Of a DNA stretch of 64,000 bases, positions 59,833-64,000 are shown in pieces. The position numbers and the translations under genes are program-made. The notes under the pieces were generated by a model. That model searched no databases and was not told the DNA's origin. It saw nothing but the letters and a program-made list of their open reading frames with translations. Source of the stretch: an uncultured bacterium (GTDB lineage Bacteria > Patescibacteriota > Minisyncoccia > Phycocordibacterales > Phycocordibacteraceae); contig CAWKPH010000002.1 of the NCBI GenBank assembly GCA_963851445.1, positions 102,183 to 166,182 on the forward strand, in the 5' to 3' direction. How positions within the stretch are numbered: position 1 is the first letter of the stretch; each line of letters begins with the position of its first letter.

Positions 59833-60438
59833 TTACGGGGCGAAAAACTCGATCAAGTATTCGTCATCAATTCGACTGGCAGCAGCGTGCAAGAAAGCTC
59901 GCACGACCAGAGGTTCGCTACGCTTGGTTACATAGCGCAGAGACGAGAGAAGTCGAGGCTCATGAATCAGAGATTGGCTTAGGGTCGTCCGAAGACATTC
60001 CCGCAAACTCTTTTGCTCGCTCTCTGTAAGGCGGACTTTCTTCAAAAGAGCGCGAGTGAAAATGTTGTCATTACTGCAACCCCGAACGGATGCTCGAATA
60101 ATTGGTTGCCAAAGAGCAGCACGAGTAGTAGGGAAGCCGCCGTTTTTCGGAATCTCGTCTCCTTTTGCGGGCCTGGGGATTTCCGGGACGAGCGCGAGAA
60201 GCTCGATGGCTTTTTGTCCCTGAACGAAATTGCGATCGTCTCCGTCCTCATCGGTTGCGAAACTCACTCCTCGCAGTTGCTCAAGACGCAATACCTTGTC
60301 GAGTAGGATGGGAACATATCCTGCAATACGAGCGTCACTTGCATAACGACGCTTGAGATCTTTTTCGAACGCTGTTTGGAGTACTTGATACTCCTGACTC
60401 GCTGCTTCCAGTAGAGCAGGGTCAATTTGTTTCAACAT
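59833..60438 (-). CDS. Hypothetical protein
   Basis: 201 aa ORF filling the unit between motif copies 10 and 11. Confidence 0.7.
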   Translation of the reverse strand: MLKQIDPALLEAASQEYQVLQTAFEKDLKRRYASDARIAGYVPILLDKVLRLEQLRGVSFATDEDGDDRNFVQGQKAIELLALVPEIPRPAKGDEIPKNGGFPTTRAALWQPIIRASVRGCSNDNIFTRALLKKVRLTESEQKSLRECLRTTLSQSLIHEPRLLSSLRYVTKRSEPLVVRAFLHAAASRIDDEYLIEFFAP

Positions 60439-60537
60439 GATAAAACCCTTTCAATTCTTCCGTGGAAAAGGACCGGTGATCCTTGGACAATGTCCTCGTG
60501 AACAGTATCACCCCTATATGACGCTCACAACCTTCAC

Positions 60538-60566
60538 CAGCTCCATATGATAGAGGACTTAGAACC
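60538..60566 (+). repeat. Cassette-boundary motif copy 11
   Basis: CAGCTCCATATGATAGAGGAC-TTAGAACC. Confidence 0.8.
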
Positions 60567-60628
60567 TATGTGACGGCATAAGAAAACAGCGCGATCTTCG
60601 CAGATCGCGCCGTAGGGAGGGGTCAGAA

Positions 60629-61231
60629 TTAATCAAAGAGCCACGCGTTCGGATTCAGAACTCGGTACTCATCTGGGCTGATGATCACCGTGAACGCCGA
60701 CAGAATCGCTTGGGCGATAATTGATTCGCGGTCGAGCACCCCCTTAGAGAGAAACTTGTGCGGATCCTTCTCGCCGCCACCAGCCCGTTCTTGGACGATC
60801 ACGCCAAGCTCGGAGTCTTGTTCTTTCACCGCTCTAACCATCGAGGTTGGTACGGGTAGGGCTGCGCCAAGGGAAAGCCCTAAGACCTGCCAGCGTGGAT
60901 AGACAATAGCGACTGCGGGGGGATCAAACCAGTTGGGTCGATGCTCGTTAAGCGATACGCTAAAGAGACCGTTTTCGATCCCGATGCCAATGTGGGCATC
61001 ATGAGCTTCACGAGCTGCTTTGGCGCGGTTAAGAGCGCCAGTAAACATCTGTTCAAGGCCGAATGGTTGAGAGGGTATACCCGACTCGGTCTCGCCAGTG
61101 TGTAACTCGTATGCTGAAAGAGCGAGGTCGCCAAGATGAGTTATGCCACGCTCTTGCAATTGGCTGAGTGCCGACTCAACCGCACGGATTTTAAGGGCAC
61201 TTTTCGTACCCACTGCGATGACGATGGTCAT
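60629..61231 (-). CDS. yjjX: Inosine/xanthosine triphosphatase (YjjX/DUF84 family)
   Basis: IAVGTKSALKIRAV, SGIPSQP, GALNRA, GIGIENG, ELG. Confidence 0.82.
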   Translation of the reverse strand: MTIVIAVGTKSALKIRAVESALSQLQERGITHLGDLALSAYELHTGETESGIPSQPFGLEQMFTGALNRAKAAREAHDAHIGIGIENGLFSVSLNEHRPNWFDPPAVAIVYPRWQVLGLSLGAALPVPTSMVRAVKEQDSELGVIVQERAGGGEKDPHKFLSKGVLDRESIIAQAILSAFTVIISPDEYRVLNPNAWLFD

Positions 61232-61285
61232 TCCTAATCCCCTGGATGTAACTGTGATCTGTTCGGTACTATGCCATGGATAGAG

Positions 61286-61338
61286 AATAAACGCACGATA
61301 GAGGATGTTAGAACGTGGATGGTATAAAAAGAGCGCCC
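61286..61338 (+). repeat. Cassette-boundary motif copy 12
   Basis: GATAGAGGATGTTAGAACGTGGATGGTATAAAAAGAGCGCCC. Confidence 0.85.
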
Positions 61339-61378
61339 GGCCAGTTGCCTGGTCGAGCGCTAGATTGTCGTCGGACTC

Positions 61379-61858
61379 CTAGGAGTCCTTAACGTAATCG
61401 TCACCATGGTCACCCACGATGGGAGGAATCTGGACAGAGAGGAAGTACAGGATGCCGCCAGCCTCCACCCTGAAGCCATGGATCTCGCCCGCACGAATCA
61501 AGACGGTAGCTCCAACACTGAGTGGACGCCACAGCCCCATGAGGAAAACGGAAGCATTGCGTGGTGGCTCGAAGTCCCATTCTGGTCCCAGAACGATAAC
61601 AGCGGCATCGCTCTGGTTGTGATGGTGTAGTTCATTCGACAAATCCTTTTTCACGCGGATAATCTCCGCCTGACAGAGGTCGACGTTGAAATCGTAAGGT
61701 GCCACCAAGGGTTCGAGAGCATCTGCTTCCAAGCTCCACTTCTCGAACCCATGATAGTTTGCGTATGGAAGCCAGTCGAGATTTCTCATCCCTGGCCGGC
61801 TGCATAGAGCAGCGTGTAGCTGTCCCGCCAAGAGCAAGACTTCTTCGGTGTATCTCAT
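61379..61858 (-). CDS. Cupin-domain protein
   Basis: LHHHNQSDA, G.TVLIRAGEIHGF, FLSVQIPPI; TTGACA (TGTCAA 61917) upstream. Confidence 0.75.
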   Translation of the reverse strand: MRYTEEVLLLAGQLHAALCSRPGMRNLDWLPYANYHGFEKWSLEADALEPLVAPYDFNVDLCQAEIIRVKKDLSNELHHHNQSDAAVIVLGPEWDFEPPRNASVFLMGLWRPLSVGATVLIRAGEIHGFRVEAGGILYFLSVQIPPIVGDHGDDYVKDS

Positions 61859-61925
61859 CCCAAGCTCCGATGTGGTTGAAGCGATCTAAAATAGTTATAC
61901 TTAAAGATAGATCTTGTGTCAAATC

Positions 61926-61943
61926 AGGCTCCGCCTTGTGTAT
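61926..61943 (+). repeat. Left-half (partial) boundary motif
   Basis: AGGCTCCGCCTTGTGTAT; the TGTCAAATCAGGCT context is identical to copy 7. Confidence 0.55.
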
Positions 61944-62003
61944 ATAAATAAAAAAGCCGCCTTCTGCTGTTGCTTCAGGCGACATTGATCCTGTGGGATC
62001 GCA

Positions 62004-62344
62004 CTACTTCGGAGAGAACTCCTCGAACAATTCATCTAGAGTGAGAGATAGGGTGAGAGAATGGACTTTCCCTTCGGATTCAAGTCGCAGCACATTGGCC
62101 ACGACCATGCAGCGACGGTCGAATGCTCTAACTCGCTCCTTAAGACTAGGCGGCTGTTTGTCGCCTGTCATCCACTCTAGCCACTCAAGATCGTTACCGT
62201 CGCTCCAGAAACCACTGAGCCAGACTCTCTGACCAGTTTCAGCCTCTAAAGCACTGGCTCTCTCAAGCAACGCTGCACAGCCCTCAAATCCTCGTTTCCG
62301 AAGATCCTCAGCACTGTGCTCTACACGATTTGGGATTGGGACAT
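62004..62344 (-). pseudogene. Hypothetical protein frameshifted just after its start codon
   Basis: AGGAGG-ATG at 62344 is out of frame with the open PIPNRVEHSAEDLRKRGFEGCAALLERAS... frame ending at 62004. Confidence 0.5.
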
Positions 62345-62387
62345 GCTATCCTCCTGTGTCTAAAGCTGCCCGAAATTATTATAACAT

Positions 62388-62417
62388 TAGCTCCGTCTCG
62401 TGTGGCGGCTTTACATA
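62388..62417 (+). repeat. Left-half (partial) boundary motif
   Basis: TAGCTCCGTCTCGTGTGG... at a unit border. Confidence 0.4.
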
Positions 62418-62448
62418 TAAATCTTGTAAACCAGGATATACTTTCAGT

Positions 62449-62628
62449 ATGAAAAGCTTCATCAACGAAGTTGGTAATAAAATCAGCGTTGAAGTTACCG
62501 AACAGGTGATTAATGGAGTAGATGGAATCTTAATCGCCATAGAGGGCCCAACCTCACAGACTGAGATTCATATCACACGCATGGAGGCCAAGATTCTCTT
62601 GGAGCAGTTGGGTGATCTATTAAAGTGA
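62449..62628 (+). CDS. Small hypothetical protein
   Basis: MKSFINEVGNKI... (59 aa); TATACT just upstream. Confidence 0.55.
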   Translation: MKSFINEVGNKISVEVTEQVINGVDGILIAIEGPTSQTEIHITRMEAKILLEQLGDLLK

Positions 62629-62631
62629 CAG

Positions 62632-63123
62632 CTACTTAGAGTTTTTGTAGAAAGGTTCTCGAGGGTGTTCACTCATTAATTTTTCAATACGTTCCGAGAG
62701 CCATTGGAAGTATTCACCCATATACGGGTCGTACTCACGGATTTCACTAAAAACAGTCTGGTATTTCTTCCAGGTTACTGTAACCCAAGCGCCGAGGGTT
62801 TTCTCCACGAGGCTAAGGCTTATGAGATTGCTCGCCACAAGCATACCCAGCGATTCCATCTGCTGCGCAAATTGTGTGAACTTGATCCGGTCGGTCTCAG
62901 AAAGTGCTCCTAGTTCATCTCTAGTCGTAGGCATATTCTTTGACATGACAAAATATAAAAGCTCAGAGAATTCCCGAGTTTGAAAGGTACGCAACGCATC
63001 GAGCGTCACATTCGTCCTTCTGTCGCGCGCAGCTCCTCGTATCTGCGCAATACCAAATACGAGCGCTACAACAACCGAAAGCGCCAACGAGAGGTTAGCA
63101 ATGTTTGTAATGAGATCGCTCAT
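62632..63123 (-). CDS. Membrane-anchored DUF4760-like protein
   Basis: N-terminal TM helix; ESLGMLV..NLI; W.K......R......YFQWL pattern. Confidence 0.65.
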   Translation of the reverse strand: MSDLITNIANLSLALSVVVALVFGIAQIRGAARDRRTNVTLDALRTFQTREFSELLYFVMSKNMPTTRDELGALSETDRIKFTQFAQQMESLGMLVASNLISLSLVEKTLGAWVTVTWKKYQTVFSEIREYDPYMGEYFQWLSERIEKLMSEHPREPFYKNSK

Positions 63124-63165
63124 GATGTCAGGATTCTATCACAGGTCTTTTTTATAAGAATTTCC

Positions 63166-63195
63166 TTGGTTCCCCTCGTGTATGAACTTATAACG
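63166..63195 (+). repeat. Cassette-boundary motif copy 13
   Basis: TTGGTTCCCCTCGTGTATGAACTTATAACG, followed by TGAAAAAAACCGCAGG and a hairpin. Confidence 0.75.
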
Positions 63196-63274
63196 TGGGT
63201 GACATGAAAAAAACCGCAGGAAAGGGAATCGGACCCTTGTCCCGCGGCTAAAGTACTAAACTGTGGCGTGCTTA

Positions 63275-63997
63275 TCACTGTGTCTGCAGTTCGTGTTGGC
63301 GCTTGAGAGCCTCGGCGAAAAGCTCAGCCTTGACATCGTCCCGGCTGCTCGTATACCTGCTACCTACCCAGGCCAAAACAAAGTCGGGGTGGGTGAGTAG
63401 GTACCCGAACTCGCCGAAGCTCATGATCCAGGGGCTTGTAAGGTTATAGGTACCGCCATAGCCGCCGATCACGCTTCCACCGACTTTGTCGTCGAAGACC
63501 ACCGTGAGATGATCTTCACCCTTCACGACCTCGCCGAGGACGAATTCTTTTTCGGTCTCCCGGTTACGCTCTTGGCCGACGTAGCACACAACGCGTTCGC
63601 CAACTTTATAGGGTAGATCACAGAAGTTGCGGCGATCTGGGGTGAGCGGCTTGACTTCAGCCTGCTTGGCGAGCGAAAGCAGAGTTCTGATTTTGCGATC
63701 CTCGATCTTCTTTCGCCTCACTACCTTATCTCGCGCTCGCGCTATAGCGGCTCGCATTTTATCGAACTGCTCCGACGTCATGGTCTTGAAGATACAAGGC
63801 GAGTTGAACTGCCGCGTCTGGCCTTTGCCCATCTCGAACCTGCAGGTCGGCTTGAACATGTAATCGTAGCCGCACCGCCCGAGACTTGATGAACCGTGTT
63901 CGCACCACCCACAAAAGTTGAAGGTCGTGGCGCCACATTTCCGTTTGATCGACTCTGCGTCGAACGGCTCGGGATAGCGGTCTCCCCGCTCAATCAT
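63275..63997 (-). CDS. Hypothetical Cys-rich protein (start may lie beyond the window)
   Basis: 240 aa; CG.TTFNFCGWCEH...C...C...C cluster, then a coiled coil and an SH3-like region. Confidence 0.7.
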   Translation of the reverse strand: MIERGDRYPEPFDAESIKRKCGATTFNFCGWCEHGSSSLGRCGYDYMFKPTCRFEMGKGQTRQFNSPCIFKTMTSEQFDKMRAAIARARDKVVRRKKIEDRKIRTLLSLAKQAEVKPLTPDRRNFCDLPYKVGERVVCYVGQERNRETEKEFVLGEVVKGEDHLTVVFDDKVGGSVIGGYGGTYNLTSPWIMSFGEFGYLLTHPDFVLAWVGSRYTSSRDDVKAELFAEALKRQHELQTQ

Positions 63998-64000
63998 GTC

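Larger units (their letters stand above)
39690..64000. mobile_element. Putative recombinase-built gene-cassette array (accessory region; continues past the window end)
   Basis: Abrupt switch to mixed strands and mixed codon usage; units carry their own terminators and promoters and are delimited by a co-oriented ~30-bp motif; serine recombinase remnant at ~59.4-59.8 kb. Confidence 0.65.

Noticed and set aside
45770-63195. Boundary motif as a CRISPR array
   Set aside because: Copies are degenerate and 0.5-5 kb apart with whole genes between them; no cas genes are present.
45770-63195. Boundary motif as classical integron attC sites (GTTAGAA resembles GTTRRRY)
   Set aside because: No paired inverse core or attC-like palindrome around the copies, no tyrosine integrase in the window, and many cassettes have their own promoters. 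IntegronFinder should still be run.

Overview
Bacterial chromosome segment with hallmarks of Patescibacteria/CPR, probably Parcubacteria. This lineage call is inferred from the short AlaRS and AspRS, the FtsA-like plus baseplate-J-like gene pair, and the many genes whose -10 box lies a few nt from the start codon. Bases 1-39.6 kb are a dense, all plus-strand housekeeping block: alaS 3' end, infA-rpmJ-rpsM-rpsK-rpsD-rpoA-rplQ-rplM-rpsI, trhO, grpE-dnaK-dnaJ, tyrS/tRNA-Tyr/trpS/aspS, pepA, scpAB, mraY-ftsW-murG, gltX and cell-wall enzymes. Embedded in it is a putative small-molecule biosynthesis/signalling cluster (ABC exporter, Leu/Phe/Val dehydrogenase, CoA ligase, split ThiF plus nitroreductase, 7TM histidine kinase). 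From about 39.7 kb to the end the architecture changes to a mosaic of mostly one- or two-gene units, many with their own promoter and terminator. These units are separated by about 13 co-oriented copies (one weak), plus partial copies, of a degenerate ~30-bp motif (approximate consensus TGGCTyCGTCTCGTGTATGAGGTTAGAAC). One copy coincides with the 3' end of what looks like a truncated large serine recombinase gene. The best hypothesis is an integron-like gene-cassette array built by serine-recombinase att sites. Cargo includes scattered purine genes (purM, an internally deleted purL, purD, yjjX), NUDIX hydrolases, a flotillin, an orphan receiver domain, a candidate structured ncRNA and several decaying genes. 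All family calls come from motif recognition by eye; no database search was run.
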